Shown in pieces: positions 49,136-63,180 of a DNA stretch of 64,000 nucleotides; positions within the stretch are counted from its first letter, which is position 1; each line of letters opens with the position of its first letter. Position numbers and translations under genes: made by a program. The DNA comes from Vicugna vicugna (taxonomy: Eukaryota). The stretch is from contig MU058868.1 in NCBI GenBank assembly GCA_013265495.1, forward strand, positions 940,587 to 1,004,586, in the 5' to 3' direction. The notes beneath the pieces were generated by a model. That model did no database searches, was not told the DNA's origin, and was given only the letters and a program-made list of their open reading frames with translations.

Positions 49136-52100
49136 GTGGTGCAATATTCCAGGATGTCTGCTGCCGGCGGCGCCCGTGGGCACACTCAGTGGCATTCCTA
49201 GCACTTTCTCTCATGGAAGATGTGTGTGATCTGTTTTTTCTGGTCTTGACACACACACAATGAAGAAAACAGATAACAAATTGTAAGACCAAGGTAAGAC
49301 TCCTGATCAAGGCCATTGAACCGACCACATTCATCTCATAGCAGAGACACATTCACATTCCGGTCAGCAAGGCAGATGTCACCTCGAAGGAAGGCTCTTC
49401 CACCAGGGCGTCCCGGGCCCGTGATCAGGACTCCGAACAGAAGGGTTTATCCTGTCAGAAGTCATTTTCCTCCTCTAGTTCTTAGTTCACTGGATTTTTA
49501 TTGAAACAGTGTCAGCATCTATACCTTCAAAAACAAAGAGCGAACCGCACACGTTGAAAGGAGTCCCCTCACCTGCTCGTTGCTGATGGGACGTATTCAG
49601 TCCTGTAGGTAGAAACGAATTTCCAACATGAGAGGCAGGAAGACTTTTGATTCTTTTTTTACCAAACAGTTTTACTATGACACTAGCTGCGGTAAATTTG
49701 TAGGAAAAAATGTCGCTTCCAGTCTCATTGTGAACATTGAGCTGCAGTCCTCTGATTCAGCAGCCGGTCTCTGGGGGACACAGTGACCAGGTTGTTCACT
49801 GGCCACTCGACGAGCTGCGTCTGTAGCGCCAGCCCTCGTAGTGGTGTCGGCCCTGGGTGACCACCCGGGGCGCTTGCAGGCAGGAAGGGCCTCTGTCCCT
49901 CTGCTCACGGGGCGGGGGCTTTCCCAGCTGACCCCTCAGACGTGTGTTACTTTTGATGAGAGTTTCTCATGAACACTGTGTCCTAAGCCGGAAAGCAGTG
50001 TGGCGCACGTGAAGTGCCGGGTGCCTGGCGCCTTGCAAGGATTTAGTGGTTCATTACTGTGACAATATTGGTTATAACAATCAAGTAATAAAGTCATCAT
50101 CATTCCACTTTATCCGTGAGTGTACATCGTGCTCTGACATGAGAAGTGGTCCCCGGGCGGCACTGTGCACGCGGGGCGAGGTAACCCTAGTGGCAGGCGC
50201 TTCGGGGCTCTGGACTGTGGCTGAGGGCTGGTGGGTGGCTCTGCTCCAGTGCAGGGGAACAGGGAGAGCTTGGCAGAGAAGTAGGAGTCTCAAGACACTA
50301 GTCACTAAATGTTAAAATGTGAAAAAAAAAAAAGTTCTGTAAAACTGACCCTAGTTCAGGAAACCAGCACCCAAAGTAAAGACTCTAGCCTGAAAGGCCT
50401 TTGATGAGAATTACAGGACTGCATCCGCAGTCATAGCGTATGGATCTTGAGCAGATGCACTAGAAGTCAGCCAGAAAGCAGGCGCTTTCCTCTCCACCAA
50501 GGGTGAGGCCGCGGCTGGAGGAGCAGCAGGGTTCGTGCGGGAGCGGCAGGGAGGGGCCTGTGCAGGGTCTCCCGGCTGGCGTGGGCAGCTGTCTTGGCAT
50601 CCAGCAGGGGCGGGTTGTCCCGTGCCCGGTGTGCCAGTAGAGGTCTTGCTGAGGAACAGCGTGTGGGAGCAGAGTTCCTGAGGCCCCGGGGCTTCCTGGA
50701 GGAGGTGAGTGGACGGGCCCCTGTTGGATGAGCTCGGTCGTCCGTCCGCCTGAGCTCACTGGGCTGCACCCCACCCCACCGCCACGCACATGCCCGCCAT
50801 CCAGCGTCTGGGCACTGCTGCTCGTTCTCATCCTGCGGCCTCTGGGCGGCCTTTGGTTGAGGCACATTTTGCTTCTGGCGTACACGGATTGACCCCTCCT
50901 TCCCACCATGCCTGTGCCCGGCAGGGAGGCAGCTGTGAGAGGGGACTCGAGACCCAAACATGAGGCCAGAGGTGAGAGCTCGCCTGAATTTGCAGCTGTT
51001 GTGCAGATGAGAGGGCACGTGCGGGCCGTGGAGCTGCTGCCGCCTGGAGACCCTTGTCCTCTTGTGAGCCGCTCCCCAGTGTCCAGTGCAGATGACTTCA
51101 GGTCAGGTTGCATCTCAGGACTCTGTGCGATCTGTTCGATCTGTGTCTCCCCACTGAAAGTAACCCCAGTGCATTAAAGAGGATGCTCCTAAAAACCAAC
51201 AAGAAACCCAAACAAAGTTTTACTACAAGAAAGCAAAATTTCAGAAGCATAAGGCAAAGGTGGCTTTCCCAGTGCACGAGGGGCCGCCTGCCTGCCCGCC
51301 CTTCAGGGAGGGGTGCACTGCTTCGGGGGCGTCTCTGAGGGCCCCTCTCCAGCTTTAGATGTGCCCGACTCCGTGGTTTTCGTGGGACATTCACACTGAG
51401 GCACAGGAATGTTCCAGATGGAGCACTCAGGGACAGAAGCGCGGGGCAGGGAGAGAACCTTTCCAGAGGTTTCCGTAGTCGTGACATCAGTGCTGAGAGT
51501 ACGCCCGAGGAAAGGATGGAGAGGTGCGGGGTTTGTCACTCCTGGTCTCCTGGCCCCGGCCTGTTCTCCAACTTCGGACCAGAGAGGTGTGAGCCTGGCC
51601 AGACTGGAGGGCACAGCAGGGCCAGTGCCTGCCTGATGGGGCAACTCCCACATCTACTGAGAGTCTTAGAAACGTTCTAAGGAAGAAGAGTCAGGCTGTG
51701 AGTTAGCGTCTACTTCTAAAAACAAAAACGTGCTCGCATGTGGGTGTGAAGTTAGGGGTCTCGCCCTGAGGCCTGCTGCGAGTGGCAGGCGAGGGCTTTG
51801 GGTTTGCTCGTTCTGGGTGCAGCGTAGTCGTCTTTACGTAAAGGATCAGTCCAGGAGCGAGAGCAGCACTTGGTGGGTGATCCTCAGATGACTTGGGTGA
51901 GGCCGCAGACAGCTGGGCGAGGAGTGGCTCCTATCCGAAAGGGATGACAGAAAATACTGCCACTGTCACTTTGGCAAGTTTACTTGACTTCTTTTCCATT
52001 TGATTTCCAACTTAACATGCTTCTGAAGCGAATCTAGCACTTTTAGTAAATTATTCACTTTTAAGGTAGTTCTGGTCGGGTGGACGTCTACGTGGGCTGG

Positions 52101-53151
52101 ATGAAAGCTGCCCTTACATCGTGTGAAACTGTGGACTTTGTGCTTTCACGTCAGTGGTGAGGTGAGCCAGCACCTCAGCCCTTCAAAGTCTACAGACAGA
52201 AGGAGTCGTCGCTGAGGACCCGTTTCTCTCTCAGATCGTGGGTCTGAACTAGGGTCTTTGCTGGAAGAATCGAAACATCACTTTCTTTATTCAAAAGATT
52301 TCCCAGCATGTTCCCAGATCTGTTACTGGCTTCTTACTGACTTTTTATTTAAAAGAAATATGCTGACTCCTGTATACTTTAGGATTTTTGGTCAGTGAAA
52401 TTGATTTTCACCCCTTTGTGTATTGTTTTTGTTGTTTTATGTAGAATATTAGAAATTACTACTGACTTTCATGCCAGTGACGGAAAATTGACTGTGCTTA
52501 GCAGCTAGAACATACATACCTGGTACCCCCCTCACTGCTTGTACCACCGGGTCCGGGCACCTCCACTGGCGCGGGCGTCCTGAGGGAGACCCCCAGCGGT
52601 GCTTGGGTGTTCAGGAACCGGACCGGCCTCCTCTTGTCTGGTGCCTCTGCAGCTCTGTGGTTACTTGTCTTTTCTGGCCGGCATGTAGGTGTTGGGTTTT
52701 TGCATATAATTATCTGGCATCTGTTCTGAAGCGTGTGCTACCCACTCAGGGCGTGTTGCACCTTCCGGAAATGACTGCGGTTTGGGAGGGTGGCCCCGCC
52801 CAGCGGGTGGGTGGGCCTGGGTCGCTGAGCCTCGAGTGCTCCGGGCAGACACGCTGTCCCTGCGGCCGCCAGCCTGGTCCCTCCCCAGCCTGTGCCCCAC
52901 AGACGGCCACAGCTGGGACACAGCTGGGTTGATAGGAAATTTTAGACTCGTTTTACCTGTGACGAGGACTGGCCTTGAGTCTGGAACAGCAGAGCCACAC
53001 GGCCCGACTGGCCACCACTCGGTTCTCACTGGCAGCTTCCAGGGCTGTTGGATCACACAGGAGCGGCTGAGGTTAGAGGTGGGTTTGAGGACAGGGACAG
53101 GGTGTGTTCTAGAATTTAGGGGCAGCTTGCGTCATCTGGAAGGGCTGGTTC

Positions 53152-53157
53152 AATAAA
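53152..53157 (+). terminator. Candidate proximal poly(A) signal of MMSET-I 3'UTR
   Basis: AATAAA followed by TG/T-rich sequence. Confidence 0.45.
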
Positions 53158-54350
53158 AGTTGCTATGAATGCAGTGTTTCAGGTGATAAATGACTAATTT
53201 CAAAGTTATTTGAATTCCACCCTAATGTTTCACTGTGATATTAACTTGGAAGACCTGCCTGAGATTAGTCTGTGGATTTTAAGCTCATGAAACCTCCTAA
53301 ACACAGGCTTCTTACCACCTGTCAATCCACAGTTCTGTGTGAAGGCACTTCTGGTTCTCTGTTTCCTCCTCTGCTTTGCGTGACTTAAACATGAAAGTAC
53401 TGTTGATTTATAGAAATATTTGTTGTGCAAGGTCTGTAATTGTATTTCACAAATGATGTAGAATTCAACTTGTGAAGGGATGTTTGTTAAAAGGCCTGAC
53501 ATCCACTGTGTGACACCGGCTGAGGTAGGAGACTGCGTTCCGGTCACAGCAGGGAGGGCCTGCTGGGGAGTCACACAGGCGCTTCTAGAAGTTGTTGCAC
53601 TGTGTTCCTTACCGTCACCTGGAAAAATCCCTGTAACAGTCACGGAGACTGCATTCTCTGCCCGTACAGGAATGCGTTTCTAAGGCAAGCAGGAAGCTCA
53701 GTGCTGTCCCGGACTGAGTTAGAGAGGAGAGTGTTTTCAGACTGGAGAAAACTGGAAGTGGGGACTAAGCTGCGGGGTCACCGGCCACGGGCGTGGCTCT
53801 GGTGAATCTGGGGCGGCGGGAAGCGCTTGACAGTCCGTGCCCCTCGGGCTCCGCTTTCTCTTTCCAATGCACCCCGCTGGACGAGGAGTAGACCGTAGAT
53901 GTCCCAGACTGGGACTGGGACGGTGCTGGGACCATGCGGGTGAGTGTGTCGCTTTCACGGCCGCATCTCGCAGTCAGTGCCGCTGGTGCCCGCGGAGGTG
54001 GAGCCTGCAGCCGGAGCGAGGCCCCGCTCTGCCCCAGGCGGGCGGCCGTGGGGGCTTCCGAGCGAGCGGCGCTGGACCCCGCCTGTGTGCTGGCTGTGCG
54101 CTGGGCACGGGGAGGGGCGCGGTGGGCTGGGAGTCGGGCCCCCCGCACCGTGTCATGGACTGTACTGTTGCTAAGTCCTGTATTCTGTATGTGTACCTCC
54201 GACCCCAACCAGGAAACGAGCCTCCTGTGTGTCTTTAACATTTATATTTCATTCAAAATATGTATTCAGTGTTTATTTCCTCAAAAAAGACTTTGTTAAT
54301 TTAGGAAATATCTCCAAGTGGAAACGTGCTAACTTTTTCTGTAAATCTTA

Positions 54351-54356
54351 AATAAA
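54351..54356 (+). terminator. Likely distal poly(A) signal of MMSET-I 3'UTR
   Basis: AATAAA ending an AT-rich block with TGTA motifs, followed by a T/GT-rich element (ctgtgttttctgtcttt). Confidence 0.7.
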
Positions 54357-55906
54357 AGGTGCTGTTCCTTCCTTTGACCCAGGACTGGTCTGTGTTTTCT
54401 GTCTTTCTCTCCATGCATTTTTTTCTTTCCTTTTTTTTTTTTCCCCCAGCTTTTAACTTTGTCCCAGCCATGCTGAGGGAAGAACATGGGTTGGCGGGTC
54501 GGGCACGGGCTCCCTCCCCTGGAGCCCACTTCCAAAGCTCTTTCTTTGGGCTTCCGAGTGGCTCCTCTTCCAGTGGGGCCGGGCTGGCGGGGTCGCTCTC
54601 TCCGCATGCCCAGCTCTCCGGCACTGGCCACCGACTCGCTCAGACACGCAGTCCCACCTGTGACCCCGTATCTGACCCACAGGTCTGGGGCTTCACCTTC
54701 TTTCTGGGTGTCCGTGTGGAGGAGTGGGAGGTGAGCAGGTGGAGAGATCTCTATCCGGGCAGGCTGCCAAGCCTGAGGACCAGACCTGTAACTCAGTCCC
54801 GTTCCCACGGTTTCCTGGGGAGGGTGAGGGAGTCAAGTCTAAACGGCCACCTCTTAAGAGCGTTGAGGTCAGAAAGGTGGCCCACACAGCTGTCACCCGC
54901 CACAGACACCAGCACGGCCCACAGCTCCCTTAAAAGGAGTCAGCCGTCTCTGAGACCAGTCTAAGTCAGCGAAATCCCTCTGTTCACCAGGTTTTGTCCT
55001 TTCTGCTGCTTCCTGTAGTTTCAGCGAGCAGAATCTGGGGAAAGCTCACTCAGAAGGCTACAGGACGGGGTGGATGGCCTGCGGGGGCTTGTTTTGTCTT
55101 GTCAGTTGTGGTTTTAAATATGGCCCGATTCAGCTTCTAGATTCGTGCTCATTGGCAAACGACAAGCCTGTATCACTTTCCTTGTTGCTGTGATTACTGG
55201 GGTGTACAGGAAATGCAGTTCATGCTTTTGCTCTACTTAAAAATTCAGCTTTCAACATTTATTTGCCTAACAGCAGATGAATACTAAATGTGTTTTTTGG
55301 GTTTTAAAAAAGTCTGAATTGATTGATAAGAAAATTTTCTGATCAAAGGTTTGTAGACTTCTATTTAAAGATTTATTACTGCTGGTCAGGGAGGGGAAGT
55401 GCTAAGCCCAGTGGTAAGAGAGGGGTTAGCTGTCTTACTGACCGCCGACGAACCAGGGCGAGACAGGCGAACGTGAGCTGTGAGTCACCTTGTTTGCTCC
55501 AAGATTCAGCCTTTCTCCCAGCCTCTCACTCGGACTGACGGGTGGGCAATTCCCTGCCTCTCCCGCTGCCCCTGCCCTGGTGGGGAGACAGGCCGAGGGA
55601 GGTGCGGAGTCGCCGCGGTGGGTGGGTCGGGATGGTGTGCGGAGCCTGGCCCCTGCTGTGAGCCTGCGCCCGAAGCGCGGAGGCCCTGCCGCGGCACGGA
55701 GGCCTGCGTCTGACACAGCGCTTGGGTCTAGTAAAAGCTCACTTGGTGTCAGCGGGCTTCCCTTGCCTTGAGAGTTGAACCTAGCAGATTGGGTAAGAAA
55801 AGTCCAGATTCTTGGTTCCAAGCCCACCTTAGGCCACTCGTCTGAGCAGACTGGTTTTCATAAGTCACTTCATTCTTAAGGATTATTGAGAGGATGTTCT
55901 CACATC

Positions 55907-55910
<4 letters not shown>

Positions 55911-55942
<32 letters not shown>
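55911..55942. repeat. (AC)16 microsatellite
   Basis: Direct reading. Confidence 0.97.
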
Positions 55943-55944
<2 letters not shown>

Positions 55945-56118
55945 GCCCGAAAGCTAAGTCAATCAAAGTCCATTTCTGAGTTTCTGCCCAGCTCACGGAC
56001 AGGTGTGTGTACCTGGAACTGGCTGGTGCGGGTGGGGCGCCGAGAGGCCAAGCAGGACTGGGGCCGCGGGGCTGCTCGCTGCCACTCGTGGACTGTCGTC
56101 CGCCCCCTTCTTCCCCAG

Positions 56119-56250
56119 GTCTCGGACGGCCCGGGAGATGAGCCCTTGGAGTCCCCGTACGAAAGTGCGGACGAAACACAGACTGAAGTGTCCGTCTCGT
56201 CTAAAAAGTCTGAACGAGGAGTGACCGCCAAAAAGGAGCACGTATGTCAG
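56119..56250 (+). CDS. NSD2: NSD2 exon 10
   Basis: 132 nt, cag|GTC...CAG|gtgagg; [19 protein letters not shown]...KKEHVCQ. Confidence 0.97.
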
Positions 56251-56467
56251 GTGAGGGGCAGCGGGCTAGCCTCGGGCACCCCCTCCCGGCCCTCCAGCCG
56301 CCAGCAGAGTTCTGGGTCCAGGACCCGCGAGGGCGTGTCTCTTGGGGCTCACGTGCAGCGTGCCTTGCTTGCGTGTGTGCACGTGTGGCGGGGGCGGCCC
56401 TCCCTCCATCAGAGCTGAGATACGTGGTCAGCGAGTGTGCGTGAGCGTCCTTGTTTGTCACGTGTGA

Positions 56468-56914
<447 letters not shown>

Positions 56915-57550
56915 TAGAAAGAGCGTCCCTCGTCCCTCCGAAGCTAGTTCGGGATCAGGCGAGGGCGGGGTGATGGGGAGCGGCTGGGCCGGCGCGACTC
57001 AGAACATCTCCCAGCTTGTTGGCGGCTGTCGCTGCTTCACGGTTGTTTCCGAGTCTCCCTAGCATGGTCTGGGGAGGTGGACGCTGGGTGGCACGGCACG
57101 GCTGTGGTCACACTCCACCTCCTGTCCGCTGGCCAGGCCAAGGGTCTCCTGACTCGTGAAGACATGTCCCAGGTGCAGAGGACACCTGGAGGCTTCCGGG
57201 GAGCCACCCAGGTCCGGGCCACCCCACATAGCACCTCCCCCGGGCGCCTGTCCTCCGCCGTCATTGGCTGTTCTTCCCCGCAGCCGGCCGACTGCCCTGG
57301 GGAGAGTAGAGGCCTTTCTTTGCAGGAGCCCCTTCCCTCGAGCTTCTCGCTCATCCGTGGGGATGGCCTCGCCCGGGCTGCCCGGCCAGACTGCCCTGGC
57401 TTGTCCTCCCATGATGCTGGGGCTCGGGGCCTGGCTGCTGCCCCTGTCGCGAGGTTGGACAGGTGCTCGGCCACGGGGGGCTGCCCAGCCCCGCGGCCTC
57501 CGGGCTGCCGCTGAGGTCTCGTGCGTGCCCTCTCCCCCGCCCGCCGTCAG

Positions 57551-57751
57551 GGATCCACTCGTGCTTCGTGTGCAAGGAGGGCGACGCAGACGTCAAGCGC
57601 TGCGTGGTGTCGCAGTGTGGGAAGTTCTACCACGAGGCCTGCGTGCGCAGGTACCCGCTGACGGTGTTCGAGAGCCGCGGCTTCCGCTGCCCGCTGCACA
57701 GCTGCCTGAGCTGCCACGCTTCCAACCCCTCCAACCCGAGGCCGTCCAAAG
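57551..57751 (+). CDS. NSD2: NSD2 exon 12 (PHD2)
   Basis: 201 nt; [10 protein letters not shown]...[10 protein letters not shown]...CPLHSCLSC. Confidence 0.97.
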
Positions 57752-58368
57752 GTGCGGGCGCGTGGAGGGGCGGCGGGGCGCGCGAGGAGGGGCGGGGCGC
57801 NNNNNNNNNNNNNNNNNNNNNNNNNNNNNNNNNNNNNNNNNNNNNNNNNNNNNNNNNNNGCTCCCCTCCCGGGGGCTTTCACCCCTCTGTGGTTGGAGTC
57901 CCAGCGTTTCTGCCGCTGGCTCAGTGGGGGGGGGGGTCAGAGTTTTCCCTGACATTCTCCCTTCTTCCTGCCCTAATCGCCATCTTAAAGGGTCCTGACT
58001 TTAGGAGGGGAGGCTTTGAGTCGTTCATGGTCCGCCATGTAGGAGGAAGCGTTCTGAAGTCAGACGGTATCTGCGCCGTGCTGCGTTAGGTCTGCGGGAC
58101 CAGCCGGGGGCATCTGCTGCCCGGGGGAGGCCGCTAAGCATGGCCCCGCGCCCGGGACAGCCGCCCGCGGGCCCGCAGCGCCCGGGCCGCGAAACCCGGG
58201 TCTGCCGTGTTTCAGAGGACAGCATTTCAGCGCTTGGCGGTTTTCTGACGGCGTCTTGAGCCACCTTTGCCTTGAGGAAATGCGTCTCTGTGACGTCGGC
58301 CGTGTTCTCATGCTCCCTTCTCTTGACCTTCTCACCGAATGTCAGCTTTATTTCAGCACCGGTGTTAG

Positions 58369-58776
<408 letters not shown>

Positions 58777-58905
58777 TAAGTTACCTGTGATCAGTTCCCA
58801 GACTTAGGGGATATCGTTAGCGGTGGCAGTAAGATCTGCTCTTGTGTGTACAGGCCAGGTTAGACTGTGAGAGCTGTGGGTGGCGGGGCCGTGGCGGCCG
58901 GCTGA

Positions 58906-59151
<246 letters not shown>

Positions 59152-59367
59152 TGAAATGATTGTCACTCTCTCTGAAGACNNNNNNNNNNNNNNNNNNNNN
59201 NNNNNNNNNNNNNNNNNNNNNNNNNNNNNNNNNNNNNNNNNNNNNNNNNNNNNNNNNNNNNNNNNNNNNNNNNNNNNNNNNNNNNNNNNNNNNNNNNNNN
59301 NNNNNNNNNNNNNNNNNNNNNNNNNNNNNNNNNNNNNNNNNNNNNNNNNNNNNNNNNNNNNNNNNNN

Positions 59368-59417
59368 GGGCAGCCGCCACCAGGGGGTCAGAGGGATCGG
59401 AAGAGTCTTCAAAAACG
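59368..59417 (+). CDS. NSD2: NSD2 exon 15, visible 3' 50 nt only (5' part expected from ~59212 in N gap 59180-59367)
   Basis: GSRHQGVRGIGRVFKN, donor ACG|gtacgg; human exon is 206 nt as recalled. Confidence 0.9.
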
Positions 59418-60412
59418 GTACGGAGGTTCCCGGGCGGATGGAGGCAGGGAGCTCGGGTGCCCTTGCTAAACCTGATTCGTGCTTTCGAAAGTTTGATTTC
59501 TGTGAAAAACACTGGACTCTGCATCCTGGCTGTATTTTAAGTAAGGAAACAGCAGGTTTACAGACTAATGTATCGAGGCATAAGACAAGACATGATGTTT
59601 AGTAACTTTTCTAACGCTGGTTTGTGACGGCTTTCACTAACATGCTTTAGAGCTTTCAGGAGGTTCCTCTAGTGCTGACTGAGAGACATCTCTTGTGGTT
59701 GCGTGTGCGCAGTTGGAGACGTGGAGGAGGCTTGCTGCTGTCGGGCCTTGTGCTCCGGCTGGCAGGATCCCTCCACCCGTCAGCAGATGCTGGGTGTCAG
59801 GTGGCCCAGCTGCAGGCGTGGGCAGGGAGCTAGGATGCCCCGCCCCGGTCCCACAGCCCGGTTGGGGGACAGAGGCTGGTGTGTGTTGTGTTCAGGTGAC
59901 AGCCGGGGATGGGGGAGGGCAGGGAAGGTGGCGCCCGCGCACAGTGCAGCCCCGGGAGTGGCTCTTCTCTAAGGGCAGTTCAGGAAGGCAGCGCTGCGCT
60001 GCCTGGCCTTCTCCCGTTGGGGTCCTTAGCAGCGGGGCACTCAGATCTGAGTGGGTGTGGGCCGTCAGAAGATTTTCAAAAATTATTACAAAAGAGAGGA
60101 TGCAAGCAAGAGGTCGTGGACTGCATTCAGGTTAGGGTCAGCTGGCGAGGGGTGAGTTGGGGACGGTGAGGGGGGGTCCTGGGTGCGAGACCCAGCAGGA
60201 GACCTGACTGTGCCGGGCAGGCCCAGGGCCTGTGCCCAGCACTTCCCAGAGCATCCCAGCCCCTTCTGTTCAGGACACTGCTGCCGCCATGTGTGCCTCT
60301 AGTTTTACAGAAACCAGAAACGTTGCTTAGCAGAGCGATGACAAATCAGAGTAAACCATTAAAACACAGAGCTTTCCAAGAGTCTCTCACTCACACTTTG
60401 TTGACTTCTTAG

Positions 60413-60516
60413 CACTGCAAGAAGCTGAAGCTCGTTTTCGTGAAATCAAACTTCAAAGGGAGGCCCGAGAAACGCAGGAGAGTGCGCGAAAGCCCCCGCC
60501 ATACAAGCACATCAAG
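60413..60516 (+). CDS. NSD2: NSD2 exon 16
   Basis: 104 nt; [35 protein letters not shown]. Confidence 0.96.
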
Positions 60517-61584
60517 GTGACGCAGGGCCGGGGGCGCGTGCAGCCAGGGGTTGTGCTGGGCCAGGGGGTTGCGTGAGGCCGAGTCCAAGGGCCCTTCCTC
60601 CGGGGCTGGGGCTGCGGGGGGTGGGAGGCTTGTCCGGAGCGAGCGTCTCCCAGGTGGACAGCAGCAGGGACATGCTGGGTGGGTAGCAGCGCTGTCACCA
60701 CCCAGCCTGTGTCCTGTGACGGGAAGGGGATGGCTGTGGGCCAGCAATTCTGCACAGGGTTTCGGCTTTGCCTCGGAGTGTGAGGCTCAGCCTGATGGTC
60801 AGCAGGGGCCGGACTGCAGTCCTGGCCAGACCAAGGGGCCAGCTGACCTGGGCCTCCCAGTGTCGCCAGATGCTGGAGACCAGCTCAAATGAGAGGAGGT
60901 CAGCCCAGCCCGAGGTTGGCCGGAGCCCGTGACACACAGACACCTTCGGCCTCACAGGGTGTGTGAGCAAGGAGGGTGGGTGGCGTGTTCCTGGCCGGGT
61001 CGGAGCCTGTGTCCCGGAGGGTCGGTGGGGGGACCCCGGCGTGTGCTGGCGCCGGGTGGCTGGTCGAGGGTTTGTCCTGGTTGCTGAGATCCAAGTGTGA
61101 AGGGCGCAGTCTCTGTACTGACTTGTAGTCTCTTCTCTGGGATGAACCCAGAAATGGAATTACTGGGTCAGAGTGACCCTGGGCTTCCCAAGCCTGCTCC
61201 AGGTCAACTTCCGACTTGCTGCACAGCATCTCCCACGTCTTCCCTGGACTCACTCATTCCTTTTCCATCCTCTCTGCTGCCTTCTTGTCCACGTGGCCTG
61301 GTTCCTTAACAAAGAACTGTGTGTGAGGGCAGAGGCTGCCCTGTGCCCACATGTCAGGCGGCCCCACCAGCTGGGGTTGGGTCTCGTGGGCATCGCGCTG
61401 AACGGTCCACATGGTTCTCCGTGTGACCGCGGCCTGGCTTCCGGAAGATAATGGGGCGGGGGTGGGGTGTGTGTGGCCATACTGCAGCCCCCTTGTGAAG
61501 CCCTGGGCAGGGTCCCCGGAGGCGGAGTGGGACTCAGGAAGCTGGCGGGCAGCTTGGGGCTGAGGTGGCTGGTGCTCCCTGCAG

Positions 61585-61854
61585 GTGAATAAGCCGTACG
61601 GGAAAGTGCAGGTGCACACGGCCGACATCTCTGAGATCCCCAAGTGCAACTGCCGGCCCAGCGACGAGAACCCCTGCGGCTCCGACTCACAGTGCCTCAA
61701 CAGGATGCTCATGTTCGAGTGCCACCCGCAGGTGTGCCCCGCCGGCGAGGCCTGCCAGAACCAGTGCTTCACCAAGCGCCAGTACCCTGAGACCAAGATC
61801 GTCAGGACGGACGGCAAGGGCTGGGGCCTGGTGGCCAAGAGGGACATTAGAAAG
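61585..61854 (+). CDS. NSD2: NSD2 exon 17 (AWS domain and SET start)
   Basis: 270 nt; [12 protein letters not shown]...[10 protein letters not shown]...CQNQCF...[14 protein letters not shown]. Confidence 0.98.
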
Positions 61855-62451
61855 GTGCGTGTGTATGCCTGTGCGCATGCGTGGGCCCGTCCACCCCGGC
61901 CCCGCCCCCAGCCCCCTCGCCGCCCCCTGGGCGGGGCTTTGCTGTTGGTGCACGGGACCTCCTGTGAGTCCAGAATTTCAGAAACAGTCTCTGAGTTGTT
62001 GGCGCTGGAGTACAAACCGTTGAAGGAAAGATTGCTCCCAGACTAGGACTCGTGAATTCCTCGAAACCTGCCTCCCCTCAGACCCTGACAGCTGCTGTTA
62101 GAAGTGAAAGATTTGTGAAGGAGCCAGTTTGCTTGGCCGGGCAGCTGGGAGGGCTGCTGTCCTGGGACAATGTAGGACCCCATTGTCTGGAGGGGAACAC
62201 ACCCAGACTGAGTGTGGAACTGCCCTCTTGTCACAGGCGGCCTCAGACCCGGGCTGTGCTCCCCGTGGCGTTGAGAAGGCCGCTTTGAAGCACGCAAAAC
62301 CCCAGCAGCCCCACTGCCCTGCGCACTTTGACCCCTGGTTCATCCAGGCTTTTGCAAGGGAGTGTGTCATTCTTTCCACCCCTTGCTCTGCTGGGGAAAT
62401 GGCTGGTGATGGTGGCTTATGCAGAAGCCAGCGATTACCACAGGGTCCTGA

Positions 62452-63180
<729 letters not shown>

